Part shown: positions 53,448 through 63,320 of the stretch, in pieces
Layout: each line of letters starts with the position of its first letter
How positions within the stretch are numbered: the stretch's first letter is position 1
DNA from: Octopus sinensis
Taxonomy: Eukaryota
Direction of reading: 5' to 3'
DNA: 64,000 nt
Assembly (NCBI RefSeq): GCF_006345805.1
Contig: NC_043004.1
Span: 23,312,001 to 23,376,000 of the forward strand
The notes under the pieces: model-generated
Databases searched by the model: none
What the model saw: the letters and a program-made list of their open reading frames with translations, nothing else
What the model was told of the DNA's origin: nothing
Program-made: the position numbers and the translations under genes

Positions 53448-53605
53448 CAGGAGTGGCTGTGTGCTAAGAAGTTTGCTTCTCAACCACATGGTTTCGAGTT
53501 CAGTCCTACTGCGTAGAACTTTGGGCTAGTGCCTTCTACCTATAGCCTCGGGCCGATTAAAGCTTTATGAGTGAATCTGGAAGGCGGAAACTGGAAGAAG
53601 TCCGT

Positions 53606-53646
<41 letters not shown>

Positions 53647-53872
53647 GATGGGGTTCCTTCTGTCTGTATTTGTCACCTACCACACAATGGTGTTGGTGCG
53701 TTTACTTCTCCGTTACTTAGCTGTTCGACAAAAGAGATCTGATAGAATAAGTAATAGGTTTTTTAAAAAATAATCAGTCCCGAGATCGTTTTTGTCCAAC
53801 TAAAACTCTTCAAGGCGGTGCTCTAGCATGGCCGCAGTCAAATAACTGGAACAAGTAAAAGATAAAAGATAT
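53448..53872 (+). mobile_element. SINE family A, older copy
   Basis: Family A head to tail, more diverged. Confidence 0.82.
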
Positions 53873-53879
53873 ATACATA

Positions 53880-54340
53880 CTTCCCTGGGCATGGACACAT
53901 TGAAACTCCGACGTCTGGCAGCTGACTTGGCAGACACCCTTAAAATTATCAACCATCGTACAAACAATAACTCTGAGCACCTTTTCAAGCTCCACCCATC
54001 TAACACCCGTGGACATATTTACAAAGTAAGAAAACAGCACAGCTCCCATGACTTCAGGAAACATTTTTTCACGCTGAGAGTTGCTGAAGCATGGAACAAA
54101 CTGCCGGCATCAGTTATTAGTTGTCGGAGCACTGCATCCTTCAAAACTTCCATGCTTCCTGAGATTCGCCAACACTACACTTGATTTTCTCCCCTCCATA
54201 CACACACAAGCATGTATCTGACTCATACATTGTTCGCTTTCCAGACATTTCTACATTATTGCATGTACTTTATATGCACTTTCTGACAAGTTGTGGTGCA
54301 CCTGAGCACTGTATACAATAATTTCATTTTTTTTTTTTTT
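53880..54340 (+). mobile_element. CR1-clade LINE 3' end
   Basis: LGMDTLKLRRLAADL...NTRGHIYKV...RKHFFTLRVAEAWNKLP, then a 3' UTR. Confidence 0.85.
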
Positions 54341-54387
54341 ATGTACCTGTATTCCATTTAATTAGTTAATTAATATTTGTTTAATTT

Positions 54388-54802
54388 AAGGCTGCGAGCT
54401 GACAGAAACGTTAGCACGCCGGGTAAAATGCTTAGCAACATTTCGTCCTTCCATACCTTTTCCATTGAGGCCAATTTTACCATTCATCCTTTCAGAGTCG
54501 AATAAGTACCAGCTGAGCACTGGGGTCGATGTAATCGACTTATTCCCTCCCCCTATAATTGCTGGCCTTGTGTCAAAATTTGAAACTATTTTTATTCCTA
54601 TTGTGTGAAGTCGCGTAGCTTAGTGGTTAGGGTATTCGGCTCACGATCGTAAGGTCGTCAGTTCGATTTCCAGTGACGCGTTGTGTCCCTCAATTCAAAT
54701 TACGCCGAGGTCAACTTTGCCTTTCATCTGTTCGGGGTCGATAAAATAAACAACTGAGTTACACCCTCCCCCAAAATTACTGGCCTTGTGCCAAAATTTG
54801 AA
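54388..54802 (+). mobile_element. SINE cluster: D (tail 2) at 54388-54592, then a C-head/D-body chimera at 54605-54802
   Basis: Two ggccttgtg.caaaatttgaaa tails. The C head ends at ttgtgtccct and joins ttcaaattacgccgaggtcaac. Confidence 0.78.
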
Positions 54803-54875
54803 ATCAGCGTTTGTTTAATTTAGACTGTGTTGACCAAGGTGACGAACTCTGGTTCAGTAACCTAGAATGGTTTTG

Positions 54876-55990
54876 TGATTCTTTATTACCCACCAGGGGG
54901 CGACACAGAGGGGGACACCACAAGACATGGGGACATAGAACATTATAATTAAAATTTATGAAAAATGAATTGTTAAGTGAAAGAAAATGATAAAATGAAA
55001 GCGATACCAACGGCCCCGTCCGTTAGCATCACTTACCTGTCCTTTGTTTTTCATAGTCACTTGAATGTTCTTTGCCAATACGAATAAATTCCATATCCAT
55101 TCTTACTCCGAAATACTCATCCATATTTTCCACGAATTCATCGCTCATTCTTATATCTTTCACCTCCCAATTCTCCCTTTCACACCTCACCATAAACTCA
55201 CCTATGTTCTTCTTTTCAATCACAGCATACCTAGTCTCACCAACATCATACCATTTATACTCTTCCATTAGACTTTTAACTTCTTTCTGTTCAGTCATAG
55301 TACAAATGTACGGCCTGATATCGATTTCAATCTCTTGTGTGTGTGTATTCTTTTTTTTCTTTTGTTTTCTTGTTGGTGGGGAGCGGGTGGGTTCAATGTC
55401 TGCATGGATAGGGTGGGACTCAGAGGGCGTGGGTGGTTTTGGGGTGGATTGGAGTTCCATATTATTTTCTTTTCCACGTATTCTTCTCTTCCTCTTACTT
55501 CCAGCTTCCTTCCATTTCTGTGTATTCTCTTCCTCTGTTTCCTTCTCCTCTGGTTTCTGCTTCTCTCTCTCTGGTTCGGAATCCATTTCTTTCCCTGGGG
55601 GAGGGCAGAAGGCTCTTATGTGACCCCTCAGGCCACACTTGTAACAACGTGGAGCCCTGCCCTCCACCCACACTCTCATGATCACGTCTCCCAGTCTGAT
55701 GCTTTCCGTCAGGTCCACCAGTACCTCGGTCTCTGCCTGTACGTTCAGCTCCACTGTTACGCCTCTCCAGCCCTCGGACTTAACCGAGGCATGGAGAATA
55801 TCCACTTCGTCCTCGTGGCCGCTGATCACAGCCGCCACAATCCATTCTGCCTCCACGTTTGGTGGCACTCCCTCCACCCTTATTCGTGTAATCCTCCTGT
55901 TTAAATACGTAGGTAACAGTGTTACCTTTTCCGACTTCACCGCCTTCGCCGCCATCTTCCTCGCTGCAGATTCACTTTTAAAATGCACAT
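54876..55990 (-). mobile_element. ORF1-only (half-LINE, HAL1-like) retroelement, 5'-truncated, 15-bp TSD
   Basis: TSD cctagaatggttttg at 54861-54875 and 55991-56005. Single uninterrupted ORF, ~150-nt 3' UTR with AATAAA near the end, no EN/RT sequence. Confidence 0.85.
55029..55988 (-). CDS. Tx1/L1-type ORF1 (gag-like) protein with a CCHC zinc knuckle, 319 codons, open from the 5' junction
   Basis: RIRVEGVPP...WIVAAV (RRM-like), RVWVEGRAPRCYKCGLRGHIRAFC (CX2CX4HX4C). Homologous to the RT-linked ORF1 at 40 kb. The first codon is GTG and the first in-frame Met is MAAK. Confidence 0.8.
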   Translation of the reverse strand: MHFKSESAARKMAAKAVKSEKVTLLPTYLNRRITRIRVEGVPPNVEAEWIVAAVISGHEDEVDILHASVKSEGWRGVTVELNVQAETEVLVDLTESIRLGDVIMRVWVEGRAPRCYKCGLRGHIRAFCPPPGKEMDSEPEREKQKPEEKETEEENTQKWKEAGSKRKRRIRGKENNMELQSTPKPPTPSESHPIHADIEPTRSPPTRKQKKKKNTHTQEIEIDIRPYICTMTEQKEVKSLMEEYKWYDVGETRYAVIEKKNIGEFMVRCERENWEVKDIRMSDEFVENMDEYFGVRMDMEFIRIGKEHSSDYEKQRTGK

Positions 55991-56135
55991 CCTAGAATGG
56001 TTTTGGAACCAAAGGTTTCAGAAAATTGGTTTTATACCTCTATAAGAATTTCTTTTCTTGTGTTTTTTGCTTTTTTTTTTTTTTTCAAACTAATGAAATA
56101 TCTCCAATGTTTTTTCTTTCTCTCTTTCCCTCCAG

Positions 56136-56301
56136 GGCCTAGCCTATCTTCACGGCAGTGAAATAAAAAGTCATGGAAACTTGAAGAGTTCAAATTGTGT
56201 TGTGGACAGTCGGTTTGTTTTAAAGATTACAGATTTTGGTTTACATTCTCTGAGAGGGAACCCTGATCTGGAAGAAGAAAATACATTTGCTTACTATCAC
56301 C
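56136..56301 (+). CDS. Receptor guanylyl cyclase KHD exon B (166 nt, phase 0-1)
   Basis: Long pyrimidine tract then tccAG|GGC, and donor CACC|GTaaga. Translates [63 protein letters not shown] replaces the catalytic HRD loop (pseudokinase), the rGC signature. Confidence 0.96.
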
Positions 56302-56389
56302 GTAAGAACATTCTCTTCTCTCTTAGAATCTTACTTTCTAGTTGGTTCTCTGTTGGTATCACATTATTAATATTATTATTATTGATTGA

Positions 56390-57512
56390 GTGAGTGAGTG
56401 AGTGAATGAGAGAGCAGTGCACGTCATCAAAGTGACACAGGGGTACAAATATACGAAACCCAATATACACATCATGATTACCCATCTGATAATGGTACAC
56501 TAGGCACACGTATCACAACCATACATGCGCGATATGGTGATCTCTTGTCAAGATAAACAGCACATGACCCCCATAGGTGAGGCCTTGTTAAAATTTTCTT
56601 CTGTTCAAATAGCCCTGAATAGGTCTCTGAATAAGGGTTCTTTAAGAATGAAGAAAGAAACACTCATGTTTCCAGAGGTGAATTTTTCAAACCCCAAAGA
56701 ATTCCTCTCAATACATGGCTATGATGCTCCCCCACTACTTCTGCTTGTGATCAGAGATGCACATATTGTCAGCCACCAAGAGACATGCTCAACTGGCTAA
56801 GATCAAACAACTGACAAGCAAATCTGTGGTACTGAGTAGAATGTCTGCTGTAGCCTGTCTTCTTACAAGATACAACATGTACATGATAACACTTCCAATC
56901 AGTTCAGATCAGAAATCATGAGAGCCAATGCCTGGCACTGCATCAGGGCATTTATTATTATCATTACTGAGTGAGAGAGCAGTGCATGCCATCAAAGTGA
57001 CACTGGGGTACAAATATGCGAAGCCCAGTATACCCATCATGACTACCTGTCTGATAAGGGTACATCAGGCAAATGCATTACAACCATATGGTGATCTCAT
57101 ATCAAGATTAACAGCGCATGACCTTGCGGGTGGAGCCCAATTAAAATTTTCTTCAGGTTGAGTAGCCCATCCCGCTCAAAAGATCCCTGAATAAGGGTTG
57201 TTTAAGGATGTTGAATGAAACACCCATTTTACCAAAGGTGAATAATCCAAACCCCAAAGAATTCCTCTCAACACATGGTTATGATGCTCTCCCACTACTT
57301 CTGCTTGTGATCAGATATGCACATATCGTCAGCCACTAATTTACGTGGTCAACTGGTTAAGGTGAAACAACTGACAAGCAAATCTGTGGTATTGAGCAGA
57401 ATATTTGCTGTAGCCCATCTTTTACACCAAGACAAAACAATGTACATGATAGCACTTCCAATCAGTTAAGATCAGAAGCCATGAGAACCACTGTCTGGTA
57501 CTGCATCAGGGA

Positions 57513-57543
<31 letters not shown>

Positions 57544-57545
57544 GT
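56390..57545 (-). mobile_element. Tandem pair of a ~570-bp (TAA)n-tailed retroposon-like unit (family E)
   Basis: Units at ~56390-56950 and ~56965-57512. On the minus strand both start ccctgatgcagt and end cactgctctct...cactca followed by AAT repeats. Confidence 0.8.
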
Positions 57546-57952
57546 CATTATTATTTTTTTTTTTTTATTATTATTATTATATGTTTGACTTTTGCTTTGT
57601 ATTTGTACAAGTTGGCTCCAAGTCTCACTCAGAGACCTCAAGAGACAACAAGTTAGAAGTTCGTGTTATGACTAGGGTGCCATATAATTGGTTTTGCACA
57701 GAATATTGCTCAAGAAAATATCTAAGAAAACAAGAAAATTATAAGTCTGTTTTAAAATTTGGGATTACATAAACAGTCTTTTACGTAGGATGTGGGTAGT
57801 TCCCATGAGCACAACCTTTCTGGAAACGGTACAATGTTGGAAACACAACAGGCAGTTACTATAGTAAGGGACATAACTCTGCTTATACTAGTATATTTTA
57901 CTGTCTAATACATTTTACTGTCTAACAAATTAGAAGCGTGGAGACACAGATA

Positions 57953-58364
57953 TACTCTTACTCTTTTACTTGTTTCAGTCATTTGACTGCGGCCATGCTG
58001 GAGCACCGCCTTTATTCGAGCAACTCGACCCCGGGACTTATTCTTTTTGTAAGCCCAGTACTTATTCTATCGGTCTCTTTTGCTGAACCGCTAAGTTACG
58101 GGGACATAAACACACCAGCATCGGTTGTCAAGCAATGCTAGGGGGACAAACACAGACACACAAACAAACACAGACACACATACATATATATACATATATA
58201 CGACAGGCTTCTTTCAGTTTCCGTCTACCAAATCCACTCACAAGGCATTGGTCGGCCCGGGGCTATAGCAGAAGACATTTGCCCAAGATGCCACGCAGTG
58301 GGACTGAACCCGGAAACATGTGGTTGGTTAGCAAGCTACTTACCACACAGCCACTCCTGCGCCT
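57953..58364 (-). mobile_element. SINE family A, full length, young
   Basis: About 3 mismatches to 52273-52692 over the first ~170 nt. Confidence 0.95.
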
Positions 58365-58440
58365 GTGTGTGTGTGTGTGTAATATTTTTACTTGTAAATG
58401 TATATGTGCATACATGTGTGTGTATTTATATATATATATA

Positions 58441-58666
58441 CAGTAATCTCTCGCCATATCGCGGTTCACCTATTGCAGTTTATTTAAGCTTATGTTAATT
58501 CCTCCGTGGTGTTGTTTTGCATTTATAATAAAATAAATATATATAAATTATAAAAATAATTTTTAAAATTATATATATACAGTACATCACTGTTTCTACT
58601 TCGCGGATTTTCACATATCGCCGTGGGTTTTGGAACGTAACACCCGCGATAGTCGAAGGATTACGG
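58441..58666. mobile_element. Tigger/pogo-type MITE
   Basis: TA flanks, TIR cagtaatctctcgccatatcgcgg / ccgcgatagtcgaaggattacgg. Confidence 0.75.
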
Positions 58667-58741
58667 TACAGTAACGATGAAACCGTGTAAGAACTTTGAT
58701 ATTAACTTGTGTTTATCCATATTTCTCCTACATTTTTTCTA

Positions 58742-59303
58742 TTGGGTTGTCCGGAAAGTTCGTGCCGATTTTTAAAGGAAAGAAAATGGTCAATAAATAC
58801 TTGCCATTACATTTTTAATCAACCAAATATGAACCATTTTGTTGCACAATGCGTCTCTATCTTTCCCTTAACTTGAAAATACCCTCTTCCCAGAATTGAG
58901 GTGGTTTCATGGCAAAGAATTCCTCAAGGTACCTTTTTACGTCATCCAAGGAATTGAAATTTTTACCATTAAGACTATTCTGCAGAGACCTGAATAAGTG
59001 GAAATCCGAAGGAGCAATATCTGGTGAATATGGAGGGTGGGGTAACACATCCCAGTCGAACTGCAGCAATTTTTGTCTGGTTCTCAAAGCATCAAATGCC
59101 GAAAATGAACTTTCTTATCTTCAATTTCAAAGGGTTACAGAATTAACGCAGGTTTTAGGATCATAAACCTTCTTCCACGAAAAGGTAGCTTAAACTCTGC
59201 TCAAAATGGAGGTGTAGTCAAATCCTATTTTATGGACTCAACCATGTTCTAAATTAAGACGAAAGGTAAGCTACTTTCCGGACGAACTTTCCGGACAACC
59301 CAA
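58742..59303 (-). mobile_element. Non-autonomous mariner, same family as 33173-33739
   Basis: Same TIR and TA TSD. PPYSPDIAPSDFHLFRSLQNSL... C-terminus. Confidence 0.9.
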
Positions 59304-59454
59304 TATTTCTCATAACTAGTAAATCTGCTCAGTATAGTATTTACTAAACAACTAGACAGAAAACAGACTGGGTTATGAAAAATCTACGTAGATCTCTAAG
59401 CATAACAGTAGCAGTTGTACCTCTGTTCAAACACATAATTTCTACTCTGTCTGT

Positions 59455-59499
<45 letters not shown>

Positions 59500-59553
59500 G
59501 TTGTTGTTGTTGTTTCTTTGTTTATATATAACATGTTGTATTTCTAATTTTAG

Positions 59554-59709
59554 GTAAGCTCTGGACTTCGCCCGAATTGCTTCGTCTCCATAATCCGCCG
59601 GAAGGAGGATCACAGAAAAGTGACGTTTACAGCTTCTCTATTATGTGTCAGGAGATAATCTATCGGAACGGAGTCTTCTATCTCAATGGCGTGGATTTAA
59701 GCGCTCAAG
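59554..59709 (+). CDS. Receptor guanylyl cyclase KHD exon C (156 nt, phase 1-1)
   Basis: tttctaattttAG|GT AAG CTC TGG, and donor CAAG|GTgaac. Translates (R)[51 protein letters not shown], kinase subdomains VIII-IX of rGCs. Confidence 0.94.
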
Positions 59710-59773
59710 GTGAACACGGAGATATTTGTATATGTCTTTTGAAATATTTCTTTGTTGTCTATAAACTGTAAGA

Positions 59774-60052
59774 GTTGTGGGACGGAGAAGTGGTAAGGAA
59801 CATAATATATACGCGAATAAAAATAGAAATTGAATAGTGCCTAAAAAGTTAAGAATATATTAATAGAAAGGACACGATTTTGCCTACAGAAAGACTGGTA
59901 CTGCATTGTAATGGTGTTGTGGGACGGGGAAAAGGTAAGGAACATAATATATACGCGAATAAAAATAGATATTGAATAGTATCTTAAAAGTTAAGAATAT
60001 ATTAATAGAAAGGACACGATTTTGCCTACAGGAAGTCTGGTATTACACTGTA
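59774..60052. repeat. 142-bp direct tandem duplication
   Basis: gttgtgggacgg...ggacacgattttgcctacag.aag.ctggta starts at 59774 and again at 59916. Confidence 0.92.
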
Positions 60053-60397
60053 TTTGTGTTATCTTACGTATATTTGTAAACTGTGAAAGTGTTGCACCAT
60101 AGAGCGTATGGAGAAGGATAGCGTGTGTACATACATACATACATACACACACACACCACATACATATACCACATACATACACCACATACATACATACATA
60201 CATACATACATACATACATACATACATACATACATACGTACATGATGACTGCAAACTCGTGTTCGAATATTGCCATCGCCTGATCGAAAGTCCCACAAAT
60301 GAGAGGGCTACAACCAGCCATTTTTGTGATGGGTCTTACTTTTTACCGCAGGGTGCCACTCAATTTCCCTCTTCTAGAGAGATGTTGTGACAACAGA

Positions 60398-60931
60398 AGG
60401 CGGCGAACTGGCAGAAACGTTAGCACGCCGGGCGAAATGCTTAGCGGTATTTCGTCTGTTACGTTGTTACGTTGTGAGTTCAAATTCCGCCGAGGTCAAC
60501 TTTGCCTTTCATCCTTTCGGGGTCGATAAATTAAGTACCAGTTACGCTCTGGGGTCGATATAATCGACTTAATACCTATGTCTGTCCTTGTTTGTCCCCT
60601 CTATGTTTAGCCCCTTGTGGGTAATAAAGAAATAGGTATTTCGTCTGTTACCAGTTACGCACTGGGGTCAATATAATCGACTTAATTCGTTTGTCTGTCC
60701 TTGTTTGTCCTCTCTGTGTTTAGCCCTTTGTGGGAAGTAAAAAAATAGGTATTTCGTCTGTCTTTATGCTCTGAGTTCAAATTCCGCCGAGGTCGACTTT
60801 GCCTTTCATCCTTTCGGGGTCGATTAAATAAGTACCAGTTACGCACTGGGGTCGATATAATCGACTTAATCCGTTTGTGTGTCCTTGTTTGTCCCTTCTA
60901 TGTGTATCCCCTTGTGGTCAGTAAAGAAATA
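60398..60931 (+). mobile_element. Composite SINE D (tail 1): one full unit plus two headless units inside one 18-bp TSD
   Basis: TSD agatgttgtgacaacaga at 60380-60397 and 60932-60949. Three ...gtggg..ataaagaaata-type tails. Confidence 0.9.
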
Positions 60932-61564
60932 AGATGTTGTGACAACAGAGGGGCTTCCCATGTATGCAAGTATGTTTGTGTGCGTCTGTGCATGCGTCTG
61001 TGCAAGCGTGCGTATGCATGTTCATGTATGAATGTTCATGTGTGTATCATATGATCAGATCGTCGACAACTGAACTTGCTATTCTATCAGAGCAATCAGG
61101 AAATGAGGTTTGTTAAACACTGCATTTCCTACAGCTGGGAGGACGTACAATTCGTCTTGAGTCGATCTGATCAATGAAACTATCTCCTTTAGAGGGAAAA
61201 ATTGTAATACTGGGAAATACGTACGCCCAACTCTGCCCTAAAGTTTCACTGCAAAGGTGCGAGTGTCTCCTGCAATGTGGATGATGAATCTTAGCACTCA
61301 AGTATAATTGTTGTTGTTACTGTGGCTGCTTTATTACACTTTTCTGCAGAAACGAAATACCGCCACTTCAGCGGCTTTTTCGCGTACGAGAGTACAAAGT
61401 GAAAGTGACTCGGGTGGTACCAGTCGTGACTCTCTGATCATTAGCGACGCAATGACATCCAGGGAAATGACTTTGGGGTTTTAAAGATGGGGCATTAGCG
61501 TTGCCATATCATAGATAATGTAGATTTACGCGTTAGATATTGCAGATTTGAATAACATTAGTAT

Positions 61565-61900
61565 TGGTTTCTAATTATGACACAAGGCCAGCAATTTTAG
61601 GGGAGCGGATAAGTCAATACATTGAGCCCAATGTTCGACTCTGAAAGGATGGAATGCAAAGTCAAAGTCAACCTCGGTGGAATTTGAACTCAGAACGTAA
61701 AGACGGACGAGATGCCGGTGAGCATTTATGCCCGGCGTGGTAACGATTCTGCCATCTCACCGTCTTACTGGAATTAACATCGCTTGTTATTTAGAAGGCG
61801 GTGAGCTGGCAAAATCGTTAGCAGGCTGGGAAAAATGTTAAGCGGTATTTCATCCGTCTTTATGCTCTGTGTTCAGATCCCAACGAGGTGGACTTTGCCA
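61565..61900. mobile_element. Head-to-head SINE D pair: minus copy at 61565-61765, plus partial copy at 61795-61900
   Basis: Both heads read aag.cggtgag.tggca.aatcgtta.ca, in opposite orientation. Confidence 0.78.
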
Positions 61901-62138
61901 AAATTTGATATCAGTATTAACTCCCAATATGGTGTAGGGTATGGATAGATACCACATCGTAGTGTATGCTTGGTAATGTTTTACTATGAGTCTCCCACAC
62001 TACATAACTTAGTGACGATGATTCTACTGCACCAGTGGCTCACTACCACACAACAGCACCGCTACCACAGTACTACACTTCTGCACTACCATCTTACTGC
62101 AGAGTCTTAAAAATTATGATAAATTAGTTACAGTTGGA

Positions 62139-62541
62139 GGAATTCTTCGGTTTGAACGGCAGTTTTTTCTAGCGGTTTCATATGAAATTGTCACCCATAA
62201 TTATGACCCTAGTATCGATCTATTACATTTCAATCTATTTTAGGGTTAGGAGTGGGGGGAAGGGTATCTTTTTTTTCTTCAGAAATGTAAATAAACCCAA
62301 TCTGTTTCTTAAACGAGGGACATATTCATACGGCACAGAATGTTTTTTGCCTCAATAGTGTCAGTGATTGGTTGAAATTGAAGAAAAAAAAACAACAAAT
62401 ATCTTACAAACTATAGAATTTTCTCAAGAAAGCCAAGAGAAAAAGATGTTTTATAAACACATTCTACCAGTATACGAAGTTTAAAATTTTTTAGTTACCT
62501 ATAAATTATGTTAAAAACTGCCGTTCAAACCGAAAATATCC
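62139..62541. mobile_element. MITE with GG-starting TIRs and 8-bp TSD (Merlin-like)
   Basis: TIR gga.t..ttcggtttgaacggcagttttt, TSD cagttgga at 62131-62138 and 62542-62549. Confidence 0.8.
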
Positions 62542-63179
62542 CAGTTGGAAAGCATTTCATCAGAATTATCCCCATGATCGGGTCTTCACATGTGTGTGTG
62601 TGTGTGTGTGTGTGTGTACAGGTCTATGCATGAACACACGCGCACACATAGATATACATACAGATGCGAACACACACACAAAGAGATTTAACAATAGAAA
62701 CACAAATCATTGCCAAATGATTAACTTCTTGGAAGTAACATCCAAGTATAAGCAAGAGTTATTTCCCTTACATTGTTATCGAAATTTTAGATTGAACTTG
62801 GTTCGACTTTTTCTTTTTTTTTTTTTAGATATCAGTTCTAAATGTTTATTGTGGATATCGTTCATCGTTTAACGTCCGTTTCCCGTGCTAGCACGGGTTG
62901 GACATTTTGAATATATATCAAATACCTGACGTATTACAAACACCAATGTATAAATAATGTGAGCTAATGGGAATGTCAATGGAAAGCTATCTAAAGAGAG
63001 AAATTAAATCAGCATTTTTAATTGTGGACATATTAAATGGAGAGAAATAATTAGGTTGTAAGATAGACAATTATTTAAGTTTGTATCAACACACTTAATA
63101 CAGGAAACATTTAAACAGTGACAAGGAATAAATAAGTGGCGAGACAGAAACAGGAATAGAAAGATATTAACATAGTGGT

Positions 63180-63320
63180 GTCGTTGAGAAGCTTGCTTTG
63201 CAATCCCGCGAAGTTTCAGGTTCAGTCTCACTGCACTGCATATTGGGCAAATGTCTTCTGCTATAGCCTAGGTTCGACCAATGTCTTGCGAATGAATTTG
63301 GTGGACGGAAACCGTCATGT
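63180..63320 (+). mobile_element. SINE family A, 5' half
   Basis: gaagcttgct...ggttcagtctcactgc...ttgggcaaatgtcttctgctatagcc. Confidence 0.75.

Larger units (their letters stand above)
56302..59553 (+). other. 3,252-bp GT-AG intron (phase 1)
   Basis: GTAAGA...TTTTAG. The split codon C|GT gives Arg and restores the frame YYHRKLWT. Confidence 0.9.
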
